This document shows positions 21,771 through 34,652 of a stretch of 64,000 nt of DNA, piece by piece. The DNA lies in assembly GCA_013416795.1 (NCBI GenBank), contig RQSC01000032.1:124001-188000 (forward strand). Direction: 5' to 3'. This stretch comes from Prasinococcaceae sp. CCMP 1430. Lineage: Eukaryota; Plantae; Prasinodermophyta. The translations under genes were made by a program, and so were the position numbers. The notes below the pieces were generated by a model. That model was not told where the DNA came from and did not search any database. It saw only the letters and a program-made list of their open reading frames with translations. Position 1 is the first letter of the stretch. Each line of letters opens with the position of its first letter.

Positions 21771-22601
21771 ATGGAGACCGCCCCGACGGCAGTGACGCCC
21801 ACCAGCGGCGTGTACGGAGCAGCCGATGGCGAGGTGACGTCCCGACATCTGGGGGCCGGGGGGCATGACCTGGGCAGGCAGCCAACGCCGCAACTCACGC
21901 CGTCGCGCCAGGCGTCCAATCAGCGCAGGGCCATCAAAGGCCTGGAGGACCAGCTCCGGGAATTGCACAGCGAGCTGGCCGCTGTCAAGGAGGACATGCG
22001 AGCGGTCGTGCAGGACGCACACGAGGCGCTCAACGCCGCTGCGCAGGCCGGAGAGGAGGCGGCCGACGCGCGATACCTTGCGGAGGCCGATGCGGAGGCC
22101 ATCAAGCGCCTCCAGGAGCTCGACGCGGATGACGAGGGGCTGACCAGCGCTGCCGAGGAGGACAGCGAGGTCAGCTCTGAGGTGCTGACCAGGGCGTTGC
22201 GGGACGCGCGCTTGCGCCGAAAGGCAGCACGAGAGCTCTCCGAGCGCGTCAAGGCCCGCAGCCGCAGCAGGAAGCGGCGCAGGGGCAAGGGAGACAAAAA
22301 GAGCGGCTGGTATAATACGGTCCTCACCGTGGTCCTTGTGCTCGTGGGATTGAAGGTGCTCTACGAGTTGCTCAACCTACTGAGGCCCGGGTCACGAGTC
22401 ATTGGGAACGCCGTGCCCCACTTCGACCTTGAGACGGACAACTCCGCGCCGCCGCCGCCGCCTCCCGGAAGGCGAGGCGCGCGCACGGGTGTGAGCGCGC
22501 GGGTGGATCGCACTGAACCGCCGGTTGCGCCGCCCGCGCCGCCACCGCCGCGCGCGCGAGCACCCCCCCCGCCGGTTCCGGCCGCACGCGGTGACTTGTG
22601 A
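21771..22601 (+). CDS. Hypothetical coiled-coil protein with one transmembrane helix and Pro-rich tail
   Basis: LEDQLRELHSELAAVKEDM heptads, TVLTVVLVLVGLKVLYELL hydrophobic helix; strong coding bias. Confidence 0.65.
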   Translation: METAPTAVTPTSGVYGAADGEVTSRHLGAGGHDLGRQPTPQLTPSRQASNQRRAIKGLEDQLRELHSELAAVKEDMRAVVQDAHEALNAAAQAGEEAADARYLAEADAEAIKRLQELDADDEGLTSAAEEDSEVSSEVLTRALRDARLRRKAARELSERVKARSRSRKRRRGKGDKKSGWYNTVLTVVLVLVGLKVLYELLNLLRPGSRVIGNAVPHFDLETDNSAPPPPPPGRRGARTGVSARVDRTEPPVAPPAPPPPRARAPPPPVPAARGDL

Positions 22602-22749
22602 GGCGCAGACGGCGCCATGCGCAAGGCACATGCTCTCGGGTCGTGCGAGTAATAAGAAGTTGTTGTGAATGTGACAGTGCGCAACCGCGTGCTCTCTCAC
22701 CCGGTTGGCTCAGAGCCGCAGGACCCAAGGTCCTTCTGTTCGCGCGCGC

Positions 22750-24655
22750 TCAGGCGACGACCGGGTCGGTGCGCATGCTCGTGGGGCGCCGCCCCGACGC
22801 GTAGTACGAGCGCAAGCCCTCGGGGAAGCACGCCGAGATGGTCGAAATGTGCACGGCGGCGGCCTCCGAGAGCTCACCGATGCGTTTCTTCCTGACCTCC
22901 ATGAGGCGCATCAAGGCGCCAGAGGTGACAAAGGACATGCGAGCGGCAGCCGCCGCCGCAGGAGTTTTGGAGGTGGAGCCGGCCGTGCTGTTAGCGTCAC
23001 CCTCAGCGAGGCCCACGACGAAGCGGGCGAGCGCCTCCTCGAGGATCACGGCGGGCGTCGCCACGTCAACGAGCGCCTCGATTGGGGCCAGAATGCCGCA
23101 GTTGCGCACAATCTCGAGGGCCGCCTCCTGCGCAGTGCGCCGCGCGGTGGCATTGCGCTGCGACTCACAGGCGCGCAGCAGCGCAGGTAGGGCGCCAGCC
23201 TGAGCCAGCGGTCGAGCGCCCTCTGCGCCGTGCCGTGCGAGGGCCGCGCACGCCCAAGCGGCCGCCCCGGCTGCGTTGGGCCCCGGCGGAGGCTCGGCCG
23301 CAAGCACGTTCACAAGCGCGAGCGGCGCCCCGCACTCAATCAGTAGGCGCGAGCCCTCCGTGCTGAAGGCCGCCGCATGCCCCACCGCGCTCAGCGCGCA
23401 CACGCCGCTGGGCGTCGCGTGCGCGTCCGCCACGTGGCGCACGAGCGCTTGCGCGCCGCCGTCGATGGTGACGGTCGCGGTGAGCTCGGGCGTGCGGCGG
23501 CACAGCTCCATCGCGAGGCGCGCGGCGGCCGCACCACGTGCACGCACGGGCCGCTCCGCGAGCGCGCGCGCCAGCGTGCTGACGACGCCGTCACCCGCCG
23601 CGACGCGCATGGCGGTGGAATCTGAGTGTGACGATAGCCGCGCGAGCGCTCCCAGCGCCGTCGAAGCGGCACGGTCATCCTCGCTGCGCGCGAGCTCCGC
23701 GAGCGGTGCCACGCTCCCAGCGTCGACGACAGTATCGGCGAGCGCCCCATTCAGCGCGCCGGCATCGCCCAGCAGTCCCGCCGCCGCCGTCTGAACCGCG
23801 AGCCAGCCGCCCGCTCCCTTGCCGGCGCCGCCGCCTGCCGCGTGCACCATCCGCTTCAGCGTAGGCTCGTCGAGGACCTCCTCAGCGAGGTCGGCTCCGG
23901 CGCGCACCATCGTCGCGAGCGCCGCGACTGAGCGCTGCGCGACGCCCGCATCCCTGGACTCGAGCTGCGCGCGCAGCGGCGCGAGCGCACCACACGCGAC
24001 GAGCGCGCGCGCGCCCGAGAAGCCCCCGTCCTCGCCCACGCACGCCTCAAATGCGAACGTCCCGCCAGCGATACCGCCCGAATCGGAGCTTCCCGCCGAC
24101 GCGAGCGCGATGAGCGCATCCAGGCCCGCCGAGCGGACGGCCACGTGCGGGTGCCCCAGCGCGGTGAGCGTCTGCGCATGAGCAAGCGCGCCCCACGCAC
24201 GTGGCAGAAATTGATGGGGGGATGCGGGCGTTCGCGCGCGCAGGCAGCAAGCGCGCGTGCGCGTGCGGTCGCGGCCTTGTCAGAAGGAGGCCGGTTGCGT
24301 CGTCATCGTCGAGGGCGGAGGGCCGGGGTGGCACGCACCCCGCGGCGTTGGGCACGGCATCGCTTGCGCTCACCTTGTGTGCGACGCCCGTCGGGAAGGC
24401 ATCAGCTGCGAGCTCGTGCGAATGGTTGGCCATGGCCGCGAGCGTGCGCAGCGCACTCGCGCGCACGCTCGTGACGGGGTCTTGCAGGGGCGGCGCAATG
24501 AGCGCTTCGAGCGCCCCCGCCTCGAGCAGTGCATCGATGCCGCCGGCGCCGCGCGAGCAGAAGTCCGCGCACACCGTCGCAAACGCCGTGCGCGCCTTCC
24601 GGAACTGGGTCAGCGCGTCGGCGACCACCGCGGCGCTCTGCCGGCCCTCGTCCAT
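22750..24655 (-). CDS. PF16: Armadillo-repeat protein, divergent PF16/SPAG6 (axonemal central pair) homolog; intron 24172-24373
   Basis: FRKARTAFA, LLEAGAL, ANHSHELA, VDAGSVAPL, RRTPEL, AAAFS, ISACFPEGLRSYY align colinearly with PF16 as recalled. Confidence 0.75.
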
Positions 24656-25244
24656 TCCGCACGCCGCTCGCGCGCCCTCCCCTCCGCCGCCGCGCCACTC
24701 CGGGCGCGCGGACGCGCGGCGCGGCCCGCCCGCGCGTCACGCTGTGGAGCGTCGCCACGCACGCACACCCGCCCTCCCAAAACGGGCGGCGCGGCCCCGC
24801 ACCACCCAGTCAGCGGGGGAACGCAGACACGGCTGCTGCTGCTGACGGGGGATCCCGAAACAAACACGACCCAAACACTTTTTTTTTTTTTTGCCAGCGC
24901 GAATGCGAAGTCATACGGATGGTCCGGACCAGCAGTACAGGTATCGGTCGGGGCTGCGTGTACAAAAAAAAAATGCGCGCAAACCCAAACCAGCCGGCGG
25001 CCTGCCGCGATACGGCGGCGGCAGACTCAATGCGACGGTCCGAACTGAACCCTATGTACAACACCCCTAAACGATGTCTTGTCCGAGCGCACGCGCGCAC
25101 ACTGCGCGCGCGCGCCCAAACAAACAAAAACAAAAAATTGGGAAGCGGCGCGTCGTGCTGCGGTGCGGCCGGCGGCGTGTGCGGGGTGCGGGGCTGCGCC
25201 ACAGGCGGCGCGGGCGCGGTGGCGTGCGTCGCGTGGGCGCGGGC

Positions 25245-27177
25245 ATGTCGCTCCTCCGCCATGGCGCGCGCCGCGCCTTCTCGGCGCTGCCCGCGATCGT
25301 GAACGGCGGGGGCGCGTCGGCGCTCTCCGCGACGCCCTCACCCATCCCGTTCGAGGGGTCGATGGCTGTGCCCGAGACGCGCGTGACCGTGCTGCCCAAC
25401 GGCATGCGCGTCGCGACCGAGGCCAACCCCGCGGCGGCGACCTCCACCGTGGGCGTCTTCTTCGACGCAGGATCGCGCTACGAGAACGACACCACCGTCG
25501 GCACCGCGCACTTCCTCGAGCACATGGCCTTCAAGGGCACCGCCAAGCGCTCCATGGCGCAGATCGAGCGCGAGATCGAGGATATGGGCGCCCACCTCAA
25601 CGCGTTCACGTCGCGCGAGCACACGTGCTACTACGCCATGTGCATGAAGCAGAACCTCACCCAGTGCACTGATGTGCTCGCCGACATCCTTCAGGTGCGC
25701 TGCCGCCGCCGCTGCGCCGCGTGCGTTGCGCGGCGTTCGCGCTGCGCGCTCGGTCTGCCTTTGGGGGGGGGGGGTAGGGGAGAGCTGGAGAAGAGAGGGC
25801 ACAGGCGGGCGCACCGTGAAATGGCCAACTGAGGGCCCGCAGCAGCTTTTAGGGTTCGGCAGCGCACCCTCGCGCCGCCGCTGCTGCCGCAGCGGGGGGC
25901 GCCGCCGCCGCAGGGGGGGGAGGGAGTGAGGGCGGCGAGGCGAGGCGCGCGGGATGGGAACTCTGGAGCGCCCTCACCGCCCCCCACCCCGCTCCCCGGC
26001 ATGCACGGCGCTGCGCTGCGCACGCGGTGCTCCGCGCGGCCTCGTAGACGAAAAGTCGCGCACGCAGCCGTCTGCGCGCTCCAGCGTCGCGCGAGCGAGC
26101 GAGCCTGAGCGGCCGGCCGCACCTAGGGGTGGCGCTGACACTGGCACGTGCCGTTTCTTTGCGCGCGAGCAGAACTCGACGTACTCGGAGGCTGCCATCG
26201 AGCGCGAGCGCAGCGTGATCCTACGTGAGATGGAGGAAGTTGAGAAGCAGGCCGAGGAGATGGTTCATGACCACCTGCACGCGACTGCGTACCAGCACTC
26301 GCCGCTCGCGAACCCCATCCTGGGCAGCCGCGAGAACGTGGCAAGCGTGACTAAAGCGGACCTCGAGTCGTACGTCAAGGCGCACTACACCGCACCGCGC
26401 ACGGTCGTGGCGGCTGCTGGCGCGGTGGACCACGACAAGTTCGTCGAAGACGTCGCGAAGAAGTTCGAGGGCATGCCGACGGACGGCCAGAGCGCGGACG
26501 AGCTGGTGGCTACCAACCCGACGACATGGACGGGCTCGGAGGTGCGCATGCGCGACGATTACACGGCGGACAACAAGCTGCGCCTGGCGGTGGCCTTCGA
26601 GGGCGCCTCGTGGGCCGACCCGGACAGCGTGGCGCTGATGGTCATCCGCGAGATGCTCGGCAGCTACAGCGCGGACACCGGTGTGGGCATCCACTCCACC
26701 TCGGAGCTGGCGCAGCGCGTGGCGGCCAACGGCATGGCGACCCACTTCAACACCTTCTCCACCTGCTACAAGGACACTGGCATCTTTGGCATCTACGCGG
26801 AGACCGATGACGCGTGGAACCAGGCCGGCGACCTCTCGTGGAACATCTCGCATGCCATCACCAAGAACGTCTACACCGTCGAGGACTCGGACGTCGAGCG
26901 CGCCAAGAACGCGCTCAAGGTCAGCACGCTCGCGAGCGCGAATGATGGCGCGATGGCCACCGCGCTGGATATCGGCACCTCGATGCTCGCCTACGGCCGC
27001 CGCATCCCGCTCGCCGAGATGTTTGCGCGCATCGACGCCGTGGACTCGGCCACTGTCAAGCGCGTGGCGGAGCGTTTCTTCCTCGACAAGGACCCGGCTA
27101 TCGTCGCCTGGGGCTCCACGCAGAACGTGCCCGACTACCAGCTCTTCCAGCGCAGGACCTTCTGGCTGAGGCAGTAA
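25245..27177 (+). CDS. MPPB: Mitochondrial processing peptidase beta subunit (M16); intron 25695-26172
   Basis: Presequence, [21 protein letters not shown] zinc motif, [26 protein letters not shown]-terminus. Confidence 0.95.
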
Positions 27178-27556
27178 TCGCGTCGCCGCCGGCGCGCCCC
27201 CGCGCCATCGAGGCGCGTCTGCCTACGCCGCGCGTGCCGGCCTCGGCGGCCGCGCGTTCGTAAGCACCTATTTTTGACCCGACCGGAAGGCGGCCGGCGG
27301 CGTGTGTGCGCCTCCCGCGCTGCGCGCGACGCACGCGCCGCGCGTGCCGCTTCCCGGCTCGGTCGTGCGTCGCGCACTGAGGAGGGGTGGCGCCGTTGCG
27401 CGCGAGGCGTGACACAGGCGCGTGTGCGTGTGCAACGAAATAAAAAAATCACAGCATGGCGAGCGCGAGTACAGACGCCTCCAGCCAACCAGCCAGCCGT
27501 CGCGCGCGCGCGCGCGCGGCGCCGCGGCTACCGGCACCACCGGCGGCGGTGGCCCG

Positions 27557-28084
27557 CTAGATCTCGACGGAGAACGACGAGCCGCACCCGCACTTCTCGG
27601 ACGAGTTTGGATTGTCGGAGACGACGAAGGACGAGCGAATGAGCTCTGAGGTAAAGTCGACGGTGGCACCCCTGAGGAATGTCAGCGACACGTCGTCCAC
27701 CACTACTCCTGCGCGCACCTCCCCCGCCCCTCCACCGCCCTCGCCCTTGCCACCACCCCCCTCTCGCTCCGCGCCGCCCTCGTCGAATACTCTGTCGTGT
27801 CCGCTCACGTCCTCGCCGCCGACGAGGTCAAACTGGTACTGGAAGCCCGAGCAGCCGCCGCCGTCGACTGAAACGCGCAGCAGCAGTTCACTCGCACCGC
27901 TCTGTGCCGCGAGCTCGCGCAGCCGCTCCACCGCGCCCTCGGTGAGCGCGACGCCCTCCGCGGCGGGCGCGGCTCCCTCGGCGCGGGCCGCGTTGGCGAC
28001 CGCCCGCCCCGCGCACACGCGCCCGCTCGCGCTGTGGCGCCGCCGCCGCCGCCCGGCAGCGCCGCGCTCGTCGCTCATCACCAT
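27557..28084 (-). CDS. ISCA2: Iron-sulfur cluster assembly A-type carrier (ISCA2/HesB family)
   Basis: LRVSVDGGGCSGFQYQF, VVVDDVSL...GATVDF, NPNSSEKCGCGSSF. Confidence 0.9.
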   Translation of the reverse strand: MVMSDERGAAGRRRRRHSASGRVCAGRAVANAARAEGAAPAAEGVALTEGAVERLRELAAQSGASELLLRVSVDGGGCSGFQYQFDLVGGEDVSGHDRVFDEGGAEREGGGGKGEGGGGAGEVRAGVVVDDVSLTFLRGATVDFTSELIRSSFVVSDNPNSSEKCGCGSSFSVEI

Positions 28085-28402
28085 TCCAGGGCGCCCCGCG
28101 CGGAACTGAACAGTCACTTCCTTGTGGCGCGAAAACCCCAAATGTGCACCCTCGCCGCGACCATGCCGCGCCGCTCGCTCGGACGTCTTTCAAGTTGATG
28201 GCCGGTACCGCGATCTTTCTGGAAACCCGCGCGCGCGCGCGCGCCTGGGAAGAGGGTTTGTACTCGTCACTCAAAAGTGGGGAGGGAGAGAGTCTACAAC
28301 GTTCGTGTTCGCACGCTCCTTACAGCGCAGCCCGCGTCGCACCCTCAGGGCGGCGGGGCGGGGCGGGCCGTGGGGAGCGCGCGCGCGCGCCGGCCGCGCC
28401 GG

Positions 28403-29436
28403 CTACGAGGGCGGCGGCCCGTCGATCTGCCTCTCGATCCCCTTGAGCAACGAGCCGATCATCGGCGCGTCCGAAGCGCCCGGGCAGGCGCTCTGGTACG
28501 CCGCGAGGCAGTCCCTTGCGTCCGACAGCCTGCCCAGGTTGTAATTGGCGATCCCCCGGTCACGCAGGTTGACGCCGCGCACCTTGGGACGCGCGTACGG
28601 CGGCGCCGCGACGTCCTGCATGCGGCACAGCAGGAGCACCTTCTCCGGGTCGCGGTGCTCGGTGCGGCTCATGTACGTCGCCTTGAGGTTCTGCAGGCAG
28701 CGCGTAAGGATCGTGCGCTTGTGCGACGCCCCGTCCTCGAAAAAGGAGCGGTCGATCTGGACCTTGGCGCCCCGCTGCCGCGCCATGTGCTCGCCGAAGC
28801 GCTGCTCGACGTCCTCGACGAACAGCACCTCGCCCCGACCGAAGACGTCCACCAAGAACTCGGCGCCGGCGCGCGGGCGTACCATGAAGTGCGAGGGGAA
28901 GTTGACGCCCACCATGTCGAGCCCGCAGCGCGCCGCCAGCTCCATGTACAGGATGGCGAGCGAGATGGGGATGCCGCGGCGGCGCGCGAGCACCTGGTCG
29001 ACGTAGCTGTTGGCGGGATTGTAGTAGTCTTCCGTGTCGCCCGCGAAGCCGCACGTGTCGTAGAGGTACTCATTGATGCACTTGATGACGCGCAGCGGAT
29101 GCCGCTCCTCGTACGGCGGGAGCGTCTCAAGCAGCTGCCGCGCCATCTCGTCGACCTGCGCGCGCACCGCCTCCGCGTCGAGCGCCGGGTTCCCGCAGCG
29201 CGCGATGCAGATGCTGCACTCGAGCAGGCTGATGTGGTCCTCATCCTGGACGTCCGACACGAGCGACTCCAGCGCGAACACCGGCTCGGAGAGCCGCGCT
29301 GTGGCCGCGAATTCCGCCTCGAGAGAGGCCGCGGGCACCTCGTCGTTCCCATCGCCGACCTCCTTGCTCGCGCCGCGGTACCGCTCCCCGGGCGGCCCGC
29401 ACGCCACCGCCGCTGCGCGCCGCGGCCGCGCTCGCC
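28403..29436 (-). CDS. SirB1/transglutaminase-like (Transglut_core2) protein with TPR-like tail; 5' end lost in N-gap
   Basis: DYYNPANSYVDQVLARRRGIPISLAILY, GVNFPSHF, VDVF..G, ILTRCLQNLK, RDRG...Y. Confidence 0.82.
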
Positions 29437-29615
29437 NNNNNNNNNNNNNNNNNNNNNNNNNNNNNNNNNNNNNNNNNNNNNNNNNNNNNNNNNNNNNNNN
29501 NNNNNNNNNNNNNNNNNNNNNNNNNNNNNNNNNNNNNNNNNNNNNNNNNNNNNNNNNNNNNNNNNNNNNNNNNNNNNNNNNNNNNNNNNNNNNNNNNNNN
29601 NNNNNNNNNNNNNNN
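29437..29615. other. Assembly gap (N run)
   Basis: Run of N. Confidence 0.99.
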
Positions 29616-30389
29616 GGGGGGGTGGCGCGCGGGGAAGCGTGCAGTGATCGCCAGCGCCGATGACTCTGACCCTTGACTGTGCACGCGCGCGCGTGCGTGC
29701 GCGCCCCGCTGATCGCACCCGCTCGCCCGCCTGCCTGCGCCCGCGGCCAATTGGCGAATTGCCCCCGCAACGGTTGGGGAGGGGGTTAGGCAGCGCGCGC
29801 CGGCCAGCCGCGGCCCGCGCGCCCCAGCCATCCGCGGGGGGCATTGCGGTGCAGTCACCCCGCCCGCGAGCGAGCGACCAGCCGCAGCCGGCATCGCCTC
29901 GCCGCTCCGCGCGGAAAAAGATCGACCGCGCAGATATTTTCTCCCGGCCGTCGTTCCAGGCGCGCGCACAGGCCATTAATTGGTTCGGGCGAGGTTGCGG
30001 GGGGGAGGGGTCGGCAAAGGCAAAGGGCCAAACCCGAGCCGGCGAATACCCGCGCTCCAACCAACCGCGACAAGCTGGGGCCGGGGAAGAAAGGGAAAGG
30101 GCCCTAAAAAAGGGGCCCAACCAACCAAAGCTGGAACAAAGTCAAAATCAACGTGCATGTGTGCCGTGATGGTACAGTATCGATTACCTGCAATCAGATG
30201 TGGCTGTTGGGCGCGTCTTTCCGATCCGGAGGGAGCGATTTCAAATGGATGACGCAGCGGCGGCGCGGAGCCGAGCGGGGCGGGGCGGGCCCACTGCCCC
30301 GCACTCCGCCCCCCATGCACTGAACCCGCGGTGCTGTGCTGCTGCCCACACGGCGCGCGTGGACCCCGTGGCGGTCCCGCGGCGTGGCG

Positions 30390-32772
30390 ATGGCGGGCGT
30401 GGAGGGCGCGCTCGCGGTGACGCGGGAGCTCGACGGCGGCGGTAACGGGCCGCCGCCGGGAGCGGCGGCCACCCCCGCGCTCGCGGGCCGCGGCGCTCGG
30501 CCGGCCGTGTTCCCGCTCCAGGACGAGCCCGCAGCGCGCGGGGATGGCGCACCCTTCGGCACATGCGCAGCCGTCGCCAGGACCGCCAACCCCACAGAAC
30601 CGAAGACCGGTCGCCGCGCGCTGTGTGAGGTCGACGCGAACTCATGGCGGCAACAGCCATCGCCGGCGTCGCGTGGCGGCCCGACCCTGTGCGCGACGCC
30701 GTCCAAGTCGGGTGCCCGCGTGCACTTCGGCGCGAGCGGGGCCGGCGACCTCTTCGATCACGAGCTCGAGGCGATCAAGCTGGCGGTGGAGGAGGAGCGC
30801 CTTCGCGCCGCCTCGGTGGCGCGCGGTGAGGCGGCGACCGAGCAGGCGCGTGCCGGCGCCCAGGCTGCTGAGCGGCGGCAGGAGGAGCTCGCCCGCTTTG
30901 AGGAGCGCGTCTCCAGGCGGGTGCAGCTCGAGCGCGCGACGGAGCGCGCAGAGCTGCGCGTGGAGACCGCAAATTGGCGCGTGGCGTGCCGCGCGCTCTA
31001 CGCGTGGGGCGCGGTCGCTGCCGCGCGCCGCCCGCGCTGCGAGCTCGCGCTGGCGTGCGCCCGGCGGAGGCGGACGGCGCTGGCGCTGCGCGCCTGGCGT
31101 NGCGCGCTCGGCCGCCGCGGACGCGAGGGAGCGCCGCGCACTGCGGCGCGCCAGCGAGCGGCGCGAGAGGCTCGCCGCGTCGATGCGGCGACGTGGGGAG
31201 GGTCGGCGCCTACGCGGGTGCCTCACGGCGTGGCGCCTCGCGGTGACCCACGCCGGCAGCGGCAGGTGCGCGGTGCGCGACGCTCTGCAGGCCGCAGTGC
31301 TCGCGCAGGTGCTCCGGCCGGGTCAGGCGCTCCAGACGCTGCGCCTGGCCGAGACTGCCAGCGCCTTGGACGTTGCAGCGCGCGTGGCGACGCAAGGTTC
31401 GGAGGAGAGGGACTGTCTGGGCCTCCCCGCGGAGCCGTCGCCGCTGCGGCCGCCGCTTGACCCGCGCCCGCCCCCGACAACCCTCGAGATACTGCCGCCG
31501 CCCGCGGCGGCCCGCATTGCCGAGGCGAGGGCCGCCGGCCGTGCGCTCGAGGCATCGGTCGCGTCGCTCACCCGCGCCGAGCAAGAGGTCGTCAAATGCC
31601 GCCTGGCGCTGGAGGAGGTGGTCTGGTCGGCGCCAGGATCCTCCGACGGCGCGGCGGCGACCGCCGCGGACGGGGGCCGCCTCCATGAGGGGCGCGTGGT
31701 GGCAGCGCGCTCGAGGCAGCGCGCTGCCGGCGCCGCGCTCAGGCGCGCGGTCGCCGCTCACGCCGCGGCAGACGCCGCCGCACGCGCGGCGATGGACAGC
31801 TTAAGGGCGGACGAGGCCCTTTGCCGGGGCCTGGTGCGTGCGCGATTCGAGGCTGGGGGTGACGCCGCGAGGTTGCGCCTGTTCGATGCCGCCGCGCGCG
31901 TGCATGACACCGAACGCGGCACGCGCCCGCTTTTCGAGCAACTGCTGCGGCCGATGGTGGCTATCGCGCTCGACACTCATGCGGGGGCTGCGCCGGCGGC
32001 GCTCAACTTCGGCAGGGGCGCCACCGTCCTTGAAGGGATTGCCGTCGCACGGTCCGTCCCAGCGAGGGCCCTGCGTGTCCCGGCTGGAAGGCGCTGCCTG
32101 GGGCGGTGGAGGCGCGCCGCCGCGCGCTGCGTCGCCGCCCGGCGGGCCGCCGCGCGCGCTCTTCGCCTGCTGGCGGCGGCGCGCGCGGCGCCCGTCATCC
32201 ATCGCGCCTTCGGCGCATGGGCCAGGTCCACATGGGCCCGCTCGGCAAGGCTCGCCACGTGCGAAGCGAGGTTCGCGCGCGCGCGCTTGGATGCGCGTGC
32301 TCTGGCGGTGCGCGTCAGCAGGTGGCGCGCACACGCAGTGGGGGTGCGCGCGGATGCGGCCACCCGCGACAAGGAGCTCGCCGACGAACGGGCCGCGCGA
32401 TGGCGCACGGTGATGGAGGACAGCGCCGGCGTGGTCATTGAGCACCGGGAGAGCGAGCGGGCGCTCGCCGCCGCGGTGGAGCACATCGCACAGCAGCAGG
32501 TGCGCCTGCAACAATTCGCAGGCGTCGGCGTCATGTTGGCGCGCCGCCAGGAGCGCACCGCCGCGCGCCGCGCGCTGTGCATGTGGCAGGCGGTCGCCGT
32601 CGGCGCGGTGAGGGACCGCCAGGCGCTGCAGGCGGCGGCGCAGATCTCGCGCCTCGAGAGCGCGCTGGCCAAGGCCAGCAGCGAGCTACAATCTGAGAGC
32701 GCCGCGGCTCGCGCTCTGATGATCTCGGTGGACAGGATGAACGAGGTGCGCGTGCGCCGAGCGCACGAATAA
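30390..32772 (+). CDS. Ala/Arg-rich coiled-coil protein with Sfi1-like xxWR repeats; frame changes at the single N (31101)
   Basis: Two long ORFs join at the N; repeated ALYAWG, ALRAWR, CLTAWR, CLGRWR, AFGAWA, VSRWR, ALCMWQ motifs. Confidence 0.5.
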
Positions 32773-32963
32773 TACATTCCCGACAGCATTCTTTTCTCGA
32801 ACCGCATTACAGGTCCGGGCGTGCCCGCAATACGCGCCCAAGCGCGGCCGCGTGCGCGTCATCGTCGAGCGTCGTCGCCCCCATCCAACAACTACCAATC
32901 GCTCCCTCGCAGACGCCCCTCCTGTATGCCACATGCGGCCGCGCGCGGCCCGCGCGATCGCGC

Positions 32964-34399
32964 TCACACCGCCATCTTCATGGGGATGGTTTTGTGCGGC
33001 TTGTAGCCCTCCAGCGTGAAGTCCTCCATTGAGAAGCCGTCGATGTCCTTCACGTCAGGGTTGATGCGGAGCGTAGGGAAAGGCCTCGGCTCGTTCTGCA
33101 GCTGCTCGAGCAGCGGGTCGACGTGATTGAGGTACACATGCGCGTCGCCCAGCGTGTGCACAAACTCGCCGGGCTTGAGCCCGCACACCTGGGCGAGCAT
33201 GACCGTGAGCAGCGAGTACGATGCGATGTTGAAGGGCACGCCGAGGCCCATGTCACATGAGCGCTGGTACATCTGACAGCTCAGCTCGCCATTGGCCACG
33301 TAGAACTGCGCGAACATGTGGCAGGGCGGCAGCGCCATCTTGGCGAGCGCGGCGGGGTTCCACGCGGTGAGCACGATGCGTCGGTCGGTGGGGTTGTTCT
33401 TGATCTTCTCGACGACCTCCGCCAGCTGGTCCACGCCCTGGCCAGCGTAGTCCGCGTGCATGTCGCTGTACTCGGCGCCGAAGTGCCTCCACTGGAAGCC
33501 GTACACCGGCCCGAGGTCCATCTCCTCGCGCTCGGTGAGCCCGCGCGAGTCAAGGAACTCGCGGCTGCCGTTGCCGTCCCAGATCTTGACGCCACGCTGC
33601 GAGAGCTCCTTGGCGTTGGTGCTCCCCTTAACGAACCACAGCAGCTCCTCGGCAACGCCGCGCCAGAACACGCGCTTGGTCGTGAGCAACGGAAGCTGGC
33701 CACGGCGCAAGTTGAAGCGCATCTGGCGGCCGAAGACCGAGAGCGTGCCCGTGCCCGTGCGATCGCTGCGCTCGACGCCCTCCTCGATGATCTCCTTGAT
33801 GAGGTCAAGGTACTGGTACTCCTCGTGCTCGCGCAGCACGCTCTTCGGCAGCGGCTGGGGGGCGACCGCGGGCGCCGGGGCCTTGGCGGCGCCGTTCTCG
33901 CCATTAGCGCCCGAGGCGCTCGTGGGGGCAAGCGGTGCGGGCTTCCGCACGTACGTGAGGAAGCTGGTCGTGCAGCCCACGCCGCGCTCGCGCTTTGGGG
34001 GCGACTGCCTCCACAGCGAGAAGGTGTCGGTGTCGATGGGGCCCGGGAGGAACGTGTCGCAGTCGAAGTCCCTTCCGCCTACCTCGGTGAGGTGCACGGC
34101 ATCGCACAGCGGGTGCGCAAGCGCCTCGCGGTACACCTCTCCTCCACCGATCACGAAGACGCTCTCCACGGAGGCGGCGTGCGCGGGCTCGGCGAGCGTG
34201 CGCAGAGCGCCCTCGAGCGAGTCGCTCTGCACGACCGCGTCGGGCAGCGCCAGCTTGCCCGCACTGCGCGAGAGCACCACGTTGAGGCGGCCAGGCAGCG
34301 GGCGGAAGCGCTCCGGCAGGCTCTCCCACGTCCGCCTGCCCATCACCACCGCGTTGGTCATGCCGTCAGTGCCCGCGGAGCGCTTGCCCTTGCCCTTGC
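32964..34399 (-). CDS. DHFR-TS: Bifunctional dihydrofolate reductase-thymidylate synthase (first exon in or near the N-gap)
   Basis: [34 protein letters not shown]; [55 protein letters not shown]; CTGAC branch and CAG acceptor at about 34400. Confidence 0.96.
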
Positions 34400-34531
34400 C
34401 TGCTCGGGTGCGCAGAGCGCGGCGCGGCGCGGCGCGGCACGGCACGAGCGGGAGGGGCGCGTGCGAGGGCGGCGGCGTGGCGCGGGCGCGTCAGCGATCG
34501 CCCGCAGCAGGTGCACTATGCGCGCGGCAGG

Positions 34532-34652
34532 NNNNNNNNNNNNNNNNNNNNNNNNNNNNNNNNNNNNNNNNNNNNNNNNNNNNNNNNNNNNNNNNNNNNN
34601 NNNNNNNNNNNNNNNNNNNNNNNNNNNNNNNNNNNNNNNNNNNNNNNNNNNN
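34532..34652. other. Assembly gap (N run)
   Basis: Run of N. Confidence 0.99.

Noticed and set aside
31090-31110. Apparent programmed frameshift in the coiled-coil gene
   Set aside because: The frame change coincides exactly with a single N placeholder; similar single Ns occur at 21689, 43323 and 50530, so this is an assembly join.
33900-34399. DHFR apparently lacking its N-terminus
   Set aside because: A branch point and acceptor precede the visible exon, and the N-gap lies directly upstream; missing data rather than truncation.
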